DNA of 57,315 nucleotides from Eubacteriales bacterium (GTDB taxonomy: Bacteria; Bacillota; Clostridia; Oscillospirales; JAAYXM01), in assembly GCA_045636205.1 (NCBI GenBank), contig JAZTXE010000058.1, positions 1 to 57,315 on the forward strand, in the 5' to 3' direction. Shown here in pieces: positions 17,879 through 26,821 of the stretch. Numbering within the stretch: position 1 is the stretch's first letter; each line of letters starts with the position of its first letter. The notes under the pieces were generated by a model. That model was not told the origin of the DNA, made no database searches, and worked only from the letters and a program-made list of their open reading frames with translations. The translations under genes were made by a program, and so were the position numbers.

Positions 17879-20287
17879 ATGAAGTACGATTTTCAAAATA
17901 TCGAAAAGAAATGGCAAGCAATTTGGGACGAAAAGAAAGCTTATTGCGCGGATAATAATGACACTGCAAGACCTAAGTTCTACGGCCTTGTAGAGTTTCC
18001 GTATCCGTCGGGTAACGGCCTGCATGTAGGCCATGCAAGACCGTATACCGCCATTGACGTTGTAAGCCGTAAGCGCAGAATGGACGGATACAATGTCCTC
18101 TTCCCCATGGGCTGGGACGCATTTGGCCTTCCTACGGAAAACTATGCTATCGCAAACAAAATCCATCCCGCGGAGGTTACCAAGAAAAACGTCGCGTTCT
18201 TTAAATCTCAGCTTAAGTCCTTGGGCTACAGCTTTGACTGGTCGCGTGAGATAAATACGACCGACCCGAATTACTATAAATGGACGCAGTGGATTTTCCT
18301 CAAGCTCTTTGAAAAGGGCCTTGCGTATAAAATGCAGATGCCGGTTAACTGGTGTACCTCATGTAAGTGCGTGCTTGCAAACGAAGAGGTTGTTGACGGT
18401 GTATGTGAACGCTGCGGAAGTGAGGTTGTCCGCAAGGAGAAAAGCCAGTGGATGCTCAAAATTACCGAGTATGCTGAGCGTCTTATCAATGACCTTGACG
18501 AGGTCGACTTTATTGAGCGCGTAAAAATTCAGCAGAAAAACTGGATTGGTCGTTCTACCGGTGCAGAGGTGGATTTCAAAACCACCGAAGGCGATGTGCT
18601 CACGGTATATACAACCCGTCCGGATACGCTTTTCGGCGCTACTTATATGGTTATATCCCCCGAACATCCGAATGTTGACAAATGGGCGGATAAAATAGAG
18701 AACATAGACGCTGTGCGCGAGTATATTACAATTTCTGCGCGTAAATCCGACTTTGAACGTACGGAAATGGCTAAAGAGAAAACCGGCGTTGAGCTCAAAG
18801 GAGTGCGCGCAATAAACCCGGTAAACGGACGCGAAATCCCGATTTTTATCTCAGACTATGTACTTATGTCATACGGTACGGGCGCTATCATGGCGGTTCC
18901 GGGGCATGACACACGTGACTGGGACTTTGCAAAGAAGTTCAGTCTCCCGATTATCGAGGTTGTCGCAGGCGGCGATGTTGAAAATGAGGCATATACGGAT
19001 ACCGAAACCGGCAAAATGGTAAACTCCGATTTCTTAAACGGAATGGAGGTCTCTGAGGCTAAAGAGGCAATAACCAAATGGCTTGCGGATAAGGGCTTGG
19101 GTCATCCGAAGGTCAATTACAAGCTGCGTGACTGGGTATTCTCACGTCAGCGCTACTGGGGCGAGCCGATTCCGCTTGTATACTGCGATAAGTGCGGTTG
19201 GGTTCCGGTTCCTGAGGAGCAACTTCCGGTAGTGCTTCCAGATGTAGACTCTTACGAACCCACGGATAACGGTGAGTCACCGCTTGCTAAGATGACGGAT
19301 TGGGTCAACACCACCTGCCCGCATTGCGGAGCTCCGGCAAAACGTGAGACCGATACAATGCCGCAGTGGGCGGGTTCAAGCTGGTACTTCCTGCGCTATG
19401 CTGACCCGAACTGTGACACAGCTCTTGCATCCAAGGAAGCACTCGACTTCTGGACGCCGGTTGACTGGTACAATGGAGGTATGGAGCACACCACGCTGCA
19501 TCTTCTCTATTCACGCTTTTGGCATAAGTTCCTCTACGATATAGGTGTAGTTCCGACAAAAGAGCCATATCAGAAGAGAACCAGCCACGGCATGATACTT
19601 GGCGAGGGCGGCGAAAAAATGTCCAAGTCCCGCGGAAATGTTGTAAACCCGAACGATATAGTCGCTCAGTACGGTGCGGATACCATGCGCCTCTACATTA
19701 TGTTCATAGGCGACTTTGAGAAGGCAGCACCATGGTCGTCACAGTCGGTCAAGGGCTGCAAGCGCTTCCTCGACCGTGTTTGGAACCTGGCAGAGACTGC
19801 AAGCGACAACGATGAGTATTCACATGCAAATGAAGCATCTATCCATAAAACAATCAAGAAGGTAACCGAGGATATTGAAAATCTTAAATTCAATACCGCG
19901 ATTGCTGCAATGATGGCTCTTGTAAACGACTATTCGTCAAACGGAGTAACACGCGGCGATATGAAGGTCCTCTTAAAGCTCCTCAACCCGTTTGCACCGC
20001 ATATGACCGAAGAGCTTTGGGAGATGTACGGCGAAAAAGATTTGCTCTCACTCTCTGCGTGGCCGACATATGACGAGGATAAAACACGTGAATCCTCGGT
20101 CGAAATGGCGGTTCAGGTTTGCGGTAAGGTACGCGCCAAAATAAACGTGCCGATGGATGCCGAAGACCAGGCTGTAATCGACGCGGCGTGTGCGACTGAG
20201 AAGGTCGCTCAGGCACTCGCTGAGGGCGGAAAGATAGTAAAATCAATTGTAGTTAAGAACAAATTGGTAAACTTAATCATTAAATAA
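17879..20287 (+). CDS. leuS: Leucine--tRNA ligase
   Basis: [13 protein letters not shown] start, [12 protein letters not shown] (HIGH) and KMSKSRGN (KMSKS). AAGGTGG lies upstream of the ATG at 17879. Confidence 0.97.
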   Translation: MKYDFQNIEKKWQAIWDEKKAYCADNNDTARPKFYGLVEFPYPSGNGLHVGHARPYTAIDVVSRKRRMDGYNVLFPMGWDAFGLPTENYAIANKIHPAEVTKKNVAFFKSQLKSLGYSFDWSREINTTDPNYYKWTQWIFLKLFEKGLAYKMQMPVNWCTSCKCVLANEEVVDGVCERCGSEVVRKEKSQWMLKITEYAERLINDLDEVDFIERVKIQQKNWIGRSTGAEVDFKTTEGDVLTVYTTRPDTLFGATYMVISPEHPNVDKWADKIENIDAVREYITISARKSDFERTEMAKEKTGVELKGVRAINPVNGREIPIFISDYVLMSYGTGAIMAVPGHDTRDWDFAKKFSLPIIEVVAGGDVENEAYTDTETGKMVNSDFLNGMEVSEAKEAITKWLADKGLGHPKVNYKLRDWVFSRQRYWGEPIPLVYCDKCGWVPVPEEQLPVVLPDVDSYEPTDNGESPLAKMTDWVNTTCPHCGAPAKRETDTMPQWAGSSWYFLRYADPNCDTALASKEALDFWTPVDWYNGGMEHTTLHLLYSRFWHKFLYDIGVVPTKEPYQKRTSHGMILGEGGEKMSKSRGNVVNPNDIVAQYGADTMRLYIMFIGDFEKAAPWSSQSVKGCKRFLDRVWNLAETASDNDEYSHANEASIHKTIKKVTEDIENLKFNTAIAAMMALVNDYSSNGVTRGDMKVLLKLLNPFAPHMTEELWEMYGEKDLLSLSAWPTYDEDKTRESSVEMAVQVCGKVRAKINVPMDAEDQAVIDAACATEKVAQALAEGGKIVKSIVVKNKLVNLIIK

Positions 20288-20351
20288 TACATGCACAGCA
20301 GGCTGTGGATAATGTTTTTCAAAGAAAATTCATATAATTTCAAACATACTA

Positions 20352-20380
20352 TTGACAGTTAGTGCAAAATTCAATATAAT
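20352..20380 (+). promoter_or_regulatory. Consensus sigma-A promoter for rpsU
   Basis: TTGACA (20352-20357), exactly 17 nt, TATAAT (20375-20380). Confidence 0.65.
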
Positions 20381-20447
20381 ATATAATGTTCAGACTTTAT
20401 AGGTCTGTAGAAGTGTCAGGCACGCAGTTGCGGAGGGAGGGATAACA

Positions 20448-20627
20448 ATGTCAGAAGTCCGAATCAAGGAAAATGAATCTTTAGACAGTGCACTTAAAAG
20501 ATTCAAGCGTTCTTGCGCTAAGGCAGGCGTTCTTTCCGAACTTCGTAAGAGAGAGCACTATGAGAGCCCGAGTGTAAAACGTCGTAAGAAGAGCGAAGCA
20601 GCTCGTGCAAAGAAGAGAAAATATTAA
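20448..20627 (+). CDS. rpsU: 30S ribosomal protein S21
   Basis: Hand translation gives [59 protein letters not shown] (59 aa), preceded by GGAGGGAGGG. It is below the ORF-track length cutoff. Confidence 0.9.
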   Translation: MSEVRIKENESLDSALKRFKRSCAKAGVLSELRKREHYESPSVKRRKKSEAARAKKRKY

Positions 20628-20633
20628 AAACAA

Positions 20634-20674
20634 AAAATCCTTGCAGATTTATTTTGCAAGGATTTTTATTTTTG
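20634..20674 (+). terminator. Rho-independent terminator of rpsU
   Basis: Stem AAAATCCTTGCA / TGCAAGGATTTT (20634-20645 / 20655-20666), followed by TATTTTTG. Confidence 0.8.
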
Positions 20675-20711
20675 TATAGCGAAACCCACCGGCAATGCCG
20701 GTAGTCGTGAT

Positions 20712-21548
20712 TTACTGTTTTGTAAAAAACGCAAGGCAGGTAAAATAACATACTGCAAGGACGAGAACTATCGTCGCTCCGGTTGCCGAACCCATGTAGT
20801 AAGAGAGAACCAGACCGCAAATTCCGCTTGCAAGTGAGAGTAAAACCGAAATCAGAGTATAGCTTTTGATGGAAGATGAAAAGATACGTGCGCATGCTGC
20901 CGGCAGAACCAGAAGTGAGGTTATTATAAGAATCCCCACCCATGATATTGCAGTCATCACCACCACCGCTACAAGGCAGGTGAACAAAAGCTCAATAGCA
21001 CGGGTGTTTACCCCTGAGCTATGTGCAAAAGTGGCGTTGACACTTACTATGTAGGTTTTGTTGAAAAGAAATATCCAATATAAAATAACTACTGCAAGAA
21101 CTATAACTGCGAGCAGCAGGTCATTTGCGGACACACTCAAAAAATCGCCTATTAAAAAGTTTGTATATCTTGCAAAACCGCCGTTTTTTGAAAGTAAAAC
21201 TATGCCTAAAGCACTGAGCGTGGATGAAAAAACGCTTATCGTCGCATCTGCGGGAGCGCGGTTTTTCCTTTTTACGAGCACTAAGCATACCGCGATTATA
21301 AGCCCTAAAATTATCATGGAAACCTTAGCATCACCGATGCCAAGCATTGCGCCGACTGCGATACCCGTTAGCGCCGAATGACCCAGAGTATCGGCAAAAA
21401 ACGCCATTTTATTACTGACCACCAATGTTCCTAAAAGCCCTAAAAGCGGTGTTATCAAGAGTATGGCAAGCAGTGAGTTTTTCATGAAAGCGTGCTCTAA
21501 AAACGAAAACGGAAGAAGCGAGTCCATGATGTTATATATCGTTTGCAT
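20712..21548 (-). CDS. Metal (Zn/Mn/Fe-type) ABC transporter permease, ZnuB/TroD family
   Basis: Polytopic membrane protein with the FADTLGHSALTG motif typical of ABC-3 permeases. The start is uncertain: ATG at 21548, 21527 or 21608. The 21548 start overlaps the ATPase stop. Confidence 0.85.
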   Translation of the reverse strand: MQTIYNIMDSLLPFSFLEHAFMKNSLLAILLITPLLGLLGTLVVSNKMAFFADTLGHSALTGIAVGAMLGIGDAKVSMIILGLIIAVCLVLVKRKNRAPADATISVFSSTLSALGIVLLSKNGGFARYTNFLIGDFLSVSANDLLLAVIVLAVVILYWIFLFNKTYIVSVNATFAHSSGVNTRAIELLFTCLVAVVVMTAISWVGILIITSLLVLPAACARIFSSSIKSYTLISVLLSLASGICGLVLSYYMGSATGATIVLVLAVCYFTCLAFFTKQ

Positions 21549-22302
21549 CAAAGCCACCTCCGTGCCTGAACTGTTTTTTAAACTCCTCGGAGGAGAGAAT
21601 TTCATCAACGTTCCCTACGCTCAAAAGCCGTTGGTTTAACAAAACCAAGCGGTCTGCGAATTTCTTTACCATATCAAAATCGTGGGATATTAATATAATT
21701 GTAAGGTCGTAGCGGGAGCGGATGTCGTCGATGGCTTTGTAAAAAAGCTCCATGCCGTTTAAATCAACACCTGATACCGGCTCATCGAGAAGAAGGATAT
21801 CGGGTGTGTTTTGCAGAGCAAGTGCGAGCAGGACGCGCTGCAGCTCCCCGCCGGAGAGCGCCCCAACCTTTCGGTTAATTAAGTGCTCTGCGCTGACCTC
21901 GCGTAAAAGAGTCGCGGCTTTTTGCCTGTCCTTTTTTCGCGCGCCTAACCATGACGGGAATTTGGATGATGATACCGTAAACAAGTCCATAACGCTTAGA
22001 GGAGAGTCCTGGTCCAACTCCAAATGCTGGGGCACATACCCTATTCGCGGACGAGTGGTTTGGCGGTTGTCAGAATCCGTAAAAAGTATTGAACCGCTGT
22101 GCGGTATAATACCTAAAATCGCTTTTAACAGCGTGGATTTCCCCGCACCGTTGGGCCCTATGACAGCAGTGAGTTCACCGCAGTGTATGTGCAGATTGAT
22201 GTCGGTAAGTATTTTCTGCCGTCCGACGGTTACCGATAGATTTTCTATTTTCGTGCAGCACATTCCGCACGAGTTGCGGGCATTTTTGTGAAAATGCGGC
22301 AT
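21532..22302 (-). CDS. Metal ABC transporter ATP-binding protein, ZnuC family
   Basis: Walker A GPNGAGKST, signature LSGGELQR, Walker B LLLLDEP. AGGAGG lies 10 nt before the ATG at 22302 (MPHFHKN...). Confidence 0.9.
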   Translation of the reverse strand: MPHFHKNARNSCGMCCTKIENLSVTVGRQKILTDINLHIHCGELTAVIGPNGAGKSTLLKAILGIIPHSGSILFTDSDNRQTTRPRIGYVPQHLELDQDSPLSVMDLFTVSSSKFPSWLGARKKDRQKAATLLREVSAEHLINRKVGALSGGELQRVLLALALQNTPDILLLDEPVSGVDLNGMELFYKAIDDIRSRYDLTIILISHDFDMVKKFADRLVLLNQRLLSVGNVDEILSSEEFKKQFRHGGGFDANDI

Positions 22303-22457
22303 AATAGACGCGCCTCCTTGTAACATAATCTCATTATATATTAAAAATCCGGCTTTTACAATGATGAGGATTTTATTGAAAAAAAGTACAAGTCATTATA
22401 TAATAATATGTATAACTTTAGTGTCGAATTTTCAAAATCAGGGAAAGGGACAATAAA

Positions 22458-23090
22458 ATGAGAATGAGAAAAAAGCCCAATCTGGGCATCAGGTTGGAGA
22501 GATGTGAAAGCGTAATAATTAAGGAGCCGGAAAAGCTCTGCGGCAAATGGAATGAAACTTTCGGCGGCACTTGCGTGCATCTGGAGATAGGCTGCGGAAA
22601 GGGCAGATTTATAAATACATTAGCCGAGCAAAATCCGGATATATTATTTATAGGAATAGAACGCGAGGAAGGCGCCCTTGTAATGGCGGCGGAGAAAGCG
22701 GTTGAGTCAGGTGTTTCCAATATCGTCTTTATTGACGGTGACGCGGTGCGGCTTGAAGAATTCTTTAAACCCGGCGAGCTTGCGAGAATATACTTAAACT
22801 TCAGTGACCCGTGGCCTAAGACCAAGCACGCAAAGAGAAGGCTTACATACAGGGACTTCATTTCGCTCTACTGCAGAGTTCTCAAAGAAAAAGGCGAGAT
22901 ATTCGTAAAGACAGATAATAAAGGGCTGTATGAGTTTACTTTAAATGAGCTTGCTGCGTGCGATTTAAGGATGAAAAATATAACCTTTGATTTGCACAGT
23001 ACGGATTTTGAGAATGTAATGACCGAATATGAAGAACGCTTTTCATCTCAGGGAATGCCTATTTACAGGGTAGAAGCTTATAAGAGATAG
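22458..23090 (+). CDS. trmB: tRNA (guanine46-N7)-methyltransferase
   Basis: 210 aa. LEIGCGKGRF, IGIE, and FSDPWPKTKHAKRRL motifs. Confidence 0.93.
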   Translation: MRMRKKPNLGIRLERCESVIIKEPEKLCGKWNETFGGTCVHLEIGCGKGRFINTLAEQNPDILFIGIEREEGALVMAAEKAVESGVSNIVFIDGDAVRLEEFFKPGELARIYLNFSDPWPKTKHAKRRLTYRDFISLYCRVLKEKGEIFVKTDNKGLYEFTLNELAACDLRMKNITFDLHSTDFENVMTEYEERFSSQGMPIYRVEAYKR

Positions 23091-23140
23091 CACCTTAAAA
23101 GGAAAGTTTGAAAATACGTAAAGAAAGGTGGGGGGGCGCG

Positions 23141-23884
23141 GTGCACGGTTGTGATAAAGGCTTGGTGTTGCGCGAGGTTCCGTACCGCGATGCGGATATG
23201 ATGCTCACGGTGCTTACGGAAACCGGCGGCAAAATTTCCGCCGCCGCGCGCGGAGTCCGAAGAAAGAGCAGTAAGATTTCCGCTGCGGTGCAGCCGCTTG
23301 CCTATTCTGAGTTTGCGTTTTTTGAGTCTTCCGGAAGGTATACCGTCAATGAAGCAGAGCTGATAGAGCTGTTTTATGAGTTGCGGCAGGATATAGTAAA
23401 ACTCTCGCTCGCCACGTATTTTTCTGAACTTCTCGAGGTTGCCGCGGATGCGGAGACTGTTAATCCGGAGCTTTTAAGGCTTGGGTTAAATACAATGTAC
23501 GCGCTGTGCAAGCTGCCGCATGACTTGCGCGCGGTTAAAGCCGCGTTTGAACTGCGTATTGCGCTGTATTCTGGATATGCGCCGGTGCTTGGGGATAAAT
23601 GCGCCATCTGCGGCGCAAGTCCTGCAAACCCGGTTATATCGCTAAATGACGGTGCGATATGCTGCGCGGGGTGTACTTACGGCGGTACCCTTCCGGTGGA
23701 TGCGGGTACTGTCGCGGCGATGGAGCATATTTTAAACTGCGATTTAAAACGAATTTTCTCATTCTCGCTGGGCGAGGAGTCTCTTGCAAGGCTCGAAGCG
23801 GTTGCCGAAGCGTATTTGCTGCGGCAGTTTGACAGACAGTTTAAAACCCTCTCTTTTTATAAAAGTCTTGCAGCGATTGGTTAG
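23141..23884 (+). CDS. recO: DNA repair protein RecO
   Basis: N-terminal OB-fold pattern GLVLREVPYRDADMMLTVLTE.GGKISA.ARGVRR. Zn-finger-like CAICG...CCAGC. The GTG at 23141 after AAAGGTGGGGGGG is preferred to the TTG at 23108. Confidence 0.88.
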   Translation: MHGCDKGLVLREVPYRDADMMLTVLTETGGKISAAARGVRRKSSKISAAVQPLAYSEFAFFESSGRYTVNEAELIELFYELRQDIVKLSLATYFSELLEVAADAETVNPELLRLGLNTMYALCKLPHDLRAVKAAFELRIALYSGYAPVLGDKCAICGASPANPVISLNDGAICCAGCTYGGTLPVDAGTVAAMEHILNCDLKRIFSFSLGEESLARLEAVAEAYLLRQFDRQFKTLSFYKSLAAIG

Positions 23885-23897
23885 AGGTATGGAGATT

Positions 23898-26291
23898 ATG
23901 GATAATTTATATTTAAAATCATGTGCAACGCTTGAGCTGGGTCGGGTTCTTGAAATGCTTTCCGCACACGCGGTCAGCAACAAAGCCAAGAAAAATGCTC
24001 TTGAGCTTGTACCGGATACGGACTGCGATGCGGTAAATTACTCCCAACAGCAGACCAGCGATGCGAAAAAACTCATAGGTCTGCGCGGTGCTCCACCGTT
24101 TTCCGGGATACGCGATGTGTCCGATTCCTTAAGACGTGCGGATGCGGGTGGAAGTCTTAATTTAAAAGAGCTTTTGGATATTGCATCCCTTTTGCGTACA
24201 GCGCGCATGGTGCGCGGGTATCTGAGTGAAGAGCGCGAAATATCCACGTGCCTTGACGGGCTTTTTAATTCCCTGAGTGCCAATAAGCATTTAGAGGAGA
24301 GCATAACGCGCGCAATAGTAAGCGAGGAAGAGGTAGCGGATGGTGCGAGTCCTGCGCTTGCGGACGTGCGCAGAAAGATGCGCGGGGCAAACGGTAAAAT
24401 ACGTGATGTTCTTCAGAAAATAGTCAGCTCGCCCACGCAGTCTAAATATTTGCAGGAGAATATTATAACCCAGCGCTCGGGACGTTATGTTGTACCGGTA
24501 AAAAGCGAGCATAAAGGCGATATTGGCGGCTTGGTTCATGATGTATCATCATCCGGTGCTACGCTGTTTATAGAGCCGATGCAGGTGGTATCGCTCAATA
24601 ACGAATTGCGTGAGCTGGAAGCCAAGGAAAAGAAGGAGATTGACCGGATTTTAGCCGAGCTCTCCGCAGAGGTATCCTCTTTCAGTGATACAATAAGCCG
24701 TGATTTTGAGCTGCTGTGTACGCTTGATTTAATCTTTGCAAAAGCTAAGCTATCGTATCAGCTCAACGCGGATGAACCGGAGATAAACGACAAGGGTCAA
24801 ACGCTTCTTAAAAATGCGCGCCATCCATTACTTGATGCGGAGAAGACGGTTCCTATATCCGTTCAGCTCGGAATAGGGTTTGATACGCTTATCATAACCG
24901 GCCCCAATACGGGAGGTAAAACCGTGGCGCTTAAAACCGTCGGTTTGATGACGCTTATGGCAGAGTGCGGGTTGCATATTCCGGTCGCGAGCGGCAGCCG
25001 TATATCCACGTTTGAGAGAATATATGCCGATATTGGTGATGAGCAGAGCATAGAACAGTCACTCTCTACGTTTTCCTCACACATGAAAAATATAGTCGGA
25101 ATGCTCGAAGGTGTTGACAGTCGCACACTTATTTTGTTTGACGAGCTGGGTGCGGGAACCGACCCCGTAGAAGGTGCAGCACTTGCGGTTTCCATAATTG
25201 AGTATGCGCGCAAGATGGGTGCTCGCGTTGTTGCGACCACGCACTATACCGAGCTTAAATCATATGCGCTTACAACCGAGCGTGTAGAAAATGCGTCGTG
25301 CGAGTTTGATGTTGAGACGCTAAAACCCACCTATAAGCTTTTGATAGGTGTGCCCGGCAAGAGTAATGCTTTTGCAATCGCGTCACGCTTGGGGCTTTCT
25401 GATTATATTATAGAGCGTGCGCGCTCTCTTGTAGACAGTGAAGACCAGCGTTTTGACGAGGTGCTCGCACGTCTTGAGGAAAAGCGAAATGCGCTTGAAA
25501 CCGAGCTTAGTCAGGCGGAAAAACAGCGGCGTGAGGCGGAACTTCTCACTCGCCGTGCCCGCGAGTTTGACGATGAGATAGAAAAACGGCGCGAAGCGGA
25601 GTTTAAGAAAGCGAAAGCGGATGCTGAGCGTATGCTTAGAGATGCTCGCGCGGCAGCGGATGAGATATTTGATGAAATTGATGCGCTGCGTAAAGCGCAA
25701 CGCAAGAAGGATAATTATCAGCAGATAAACGATGCGCGTGCCGCGCTTAAGCACAGCTTAAACGATGCAGATCGCGCGCTCAACCGCGCGGGTGGTGAAA
25801 GAGCCAAGAACCTTATCGCGCCGGCACCTGCAAGACCACTCAAAGTGGGTGATACAGTTGAGCTCATTGAGCTGGGTACCAAGGCGACGGTTCTCAGTGT
25901 TCCGGATAAATCGGGTATGGTTCAGGTGCAGGCGGGTATATTAAAGGTAAACGTAAACCAAAATAAGCTTAAGCTTTTGGAGGAGAGCGGCAAGAAAACC
26001 GTTGAAGCGTTTATAGCGAAGAAACAGGCGGAACTTCGTAATATCAAAATCAGTCAGGATATAGATGTGCGCGGAATGATGTCTGACGAGGCGGTGGATA
26101 CCGTGGAGAGGTATCTGGACAATGCGTTTATGGCAAAGCTTAACACCGTGACGGTAATCCACGGAAAGGGCACCGGAGCGCTCAGAAAAGCTATCCAGAC
26201 GCGTCTGCGCTCACATCCACACGTCAAGAGTTTCCGATTAGGCACCTTCGGCGAAGGCGAGAGCGGTGTTACGGTTATTGAGCTTAAATAA
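23898..26291 (+). CDS. mutS2: Endonuclease MutS2 (MutS domain V ATPase plus C-terminal Smr domain)
   Basis: Walker A ITGPNTGGKT, DELGAGTDP, a coiled-coil linker, and C-terminal Smr (IDVRGMMSDEA...VIHGKGTGALR). The track start at 23784 overlaps recO. ATG at 23898 (or 23889) follows AGAGG. Confidence 0.93.
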   Translation: MDNLYLKSCATLELGRVLEMLSAHAVSNKAKKNALELVPDTDCDAVNYSQQQTSDAKKLIGLRGAPPFSGIRDVSDSLRRADAGGSLNLKELLDIASLLRTARMVRGYLSEEREISTCLDGLFNSLSANKHLEESITRAIVSEEEVADGASPALADVRRKMRGANGKIRDVLQKIVSSPTQSKYLQENIITQRSGRYVVPVKSEHKGDIGGLVHDVSSSGATLFIEPMQVVSLNNELRELEAKEKKEIDRILAELSAEVSSFSDTISRDFELLCTLDLIFAKAKLSYQLNADEPEINDKGQTLLKNARHPLLDAEKTVPISVQLGIGFDTLIITGPNTGGKTVALKTVGLMTLMAECGLHIPVASGSRISTFERIYADIGDEQSIEQSLSTFSSHMKNIVGMLEGVDSRTLILFDELGAGTDPVEGAALAVSIIEYARKMGARVVATTHYTELKSYALTTERVENASCEFDVETLKPTYKLLIGVPGKSNAFAIASRLGLSDYIIERARSLVDSEDQRFDEVLARLEEKRNALETELSQAEKQRREAELLTRRAREFDDEIEKRREAEFKKAKADAERMLRDARAAADEIFDEIDALRKAQRKKDNYQQINDARAALKHSLNDADRALNRAGGERAKNLIAPAPARPLKVGDTVELIELGTKATVLSVPDKSGMVQVQAGILKVNVNQNKLKLLEESGKKTVEAFIAKKQAELRNIKISQDIDVRGMMSDEAVDTVERYLDNAFMAKLNTVTVIHGKGTGALRKAIQTRLRSHPHVKSFRLGTFGEGESGVTVIELK

Positions 26292-26414
26292 CGACAATTG
26301 TAAAAAGATGTAAATTGCGCGTAAAAACTGATTTTAGGGATAGAAAAAATGAACAATTTCATTGCGCGAAACTCAAAAAAATTTGAGTATGTATCCATAA
26401 AGTGTGAAAAAAGG

Positions 26415-26443
26415 TTGACTTAATGCGCTAAAATTGTTATGCT
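26415..26443 (+). promoter_or_regulatory. Candidate extended -10 sigma-A promoter for the HPr-like gene
   Basis: TTGACT (26415-26420), 17 nt, TATGCT (26438-26443), with TGt immediately upstream of the -10. Confidence 0.55.
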
Positions 26444-26477
26444 TTAGTTATCAGATTGAGAATGGAGGAAACGCTTC

Positions 26478-26741
26478 ATGTGTTCCAAAGAAGTCTTAAT
26501 AAACAATCAAATAGGTTTGCGTGCGAGACCGGCGACCTTCTTTATACAGAAAGCCAATGAGTTTAAGTGCAGTATTCAGGTAGAGCGCGAGGAGCGCCGC
26601 GTGAATGCCAAGAGCTTGCTGGGTGTTTTATCACTCGGTATCGTTAAAGGTACGCAGGTAACTATTATTGCAGACGGACCGGGTGAGAAAGAAGCTATAG
26701 AAGCTTTGACCGAGCTGGTAAATTCAAACTTTTCGGAATAA
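26478..26741 (+). CDS. HPr-family protein lacking the His15 phosphorylation site (Crh-like)
   Basis: 87 aa. GLRARPATFFIQKANEF has CGT = Arg where HPr has His15. The regulatory serine context VNAKSLLGVLSLG (Ser46 equivalent) is conserved. Confidence 0.9.
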   Translation: MCSKEVLINNQIGLRARPATFFIQKANEFKCSIQVEREERRVNAKSLLGVLSLGIVKGTQVTIIADGPGEKEAIEALTELVNSNFSE

Positions 26742-26770
26742 TTGAGAATTTTGTTGTATGCAAAAGTCGT

Positions 26771-26805
26771 AAGCGCCGCATTTTATTGATGCGGCGCTTT
26801 GCTTG
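26771..26805 (+). terminator. Terminator-like hairpin after the HPr-like gene
   Basis: Stem AAGCGCCGCA / TGCGGCGCTT (26771-26780 / 26790-26799) followed by TGCTTG, a weak U tract. The ORF-track uvrC start at 26786 lies inside this hairpin. Confidence 0.6.
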
Positions 26806-26821
26806 TAATGAGGTAAGTTTA

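Noticed and set aside
22303-22457. Zur/AdcR/MntR operator in the metal ABC / trmB divergent promoter
   Set aside because: There are only A/T-rich imperfect repeats (CATTATATAATAATATG). Nothing matches the TCGTAAT-N-ATTACGA or TTAACNRGTTAA type boxes that I know.
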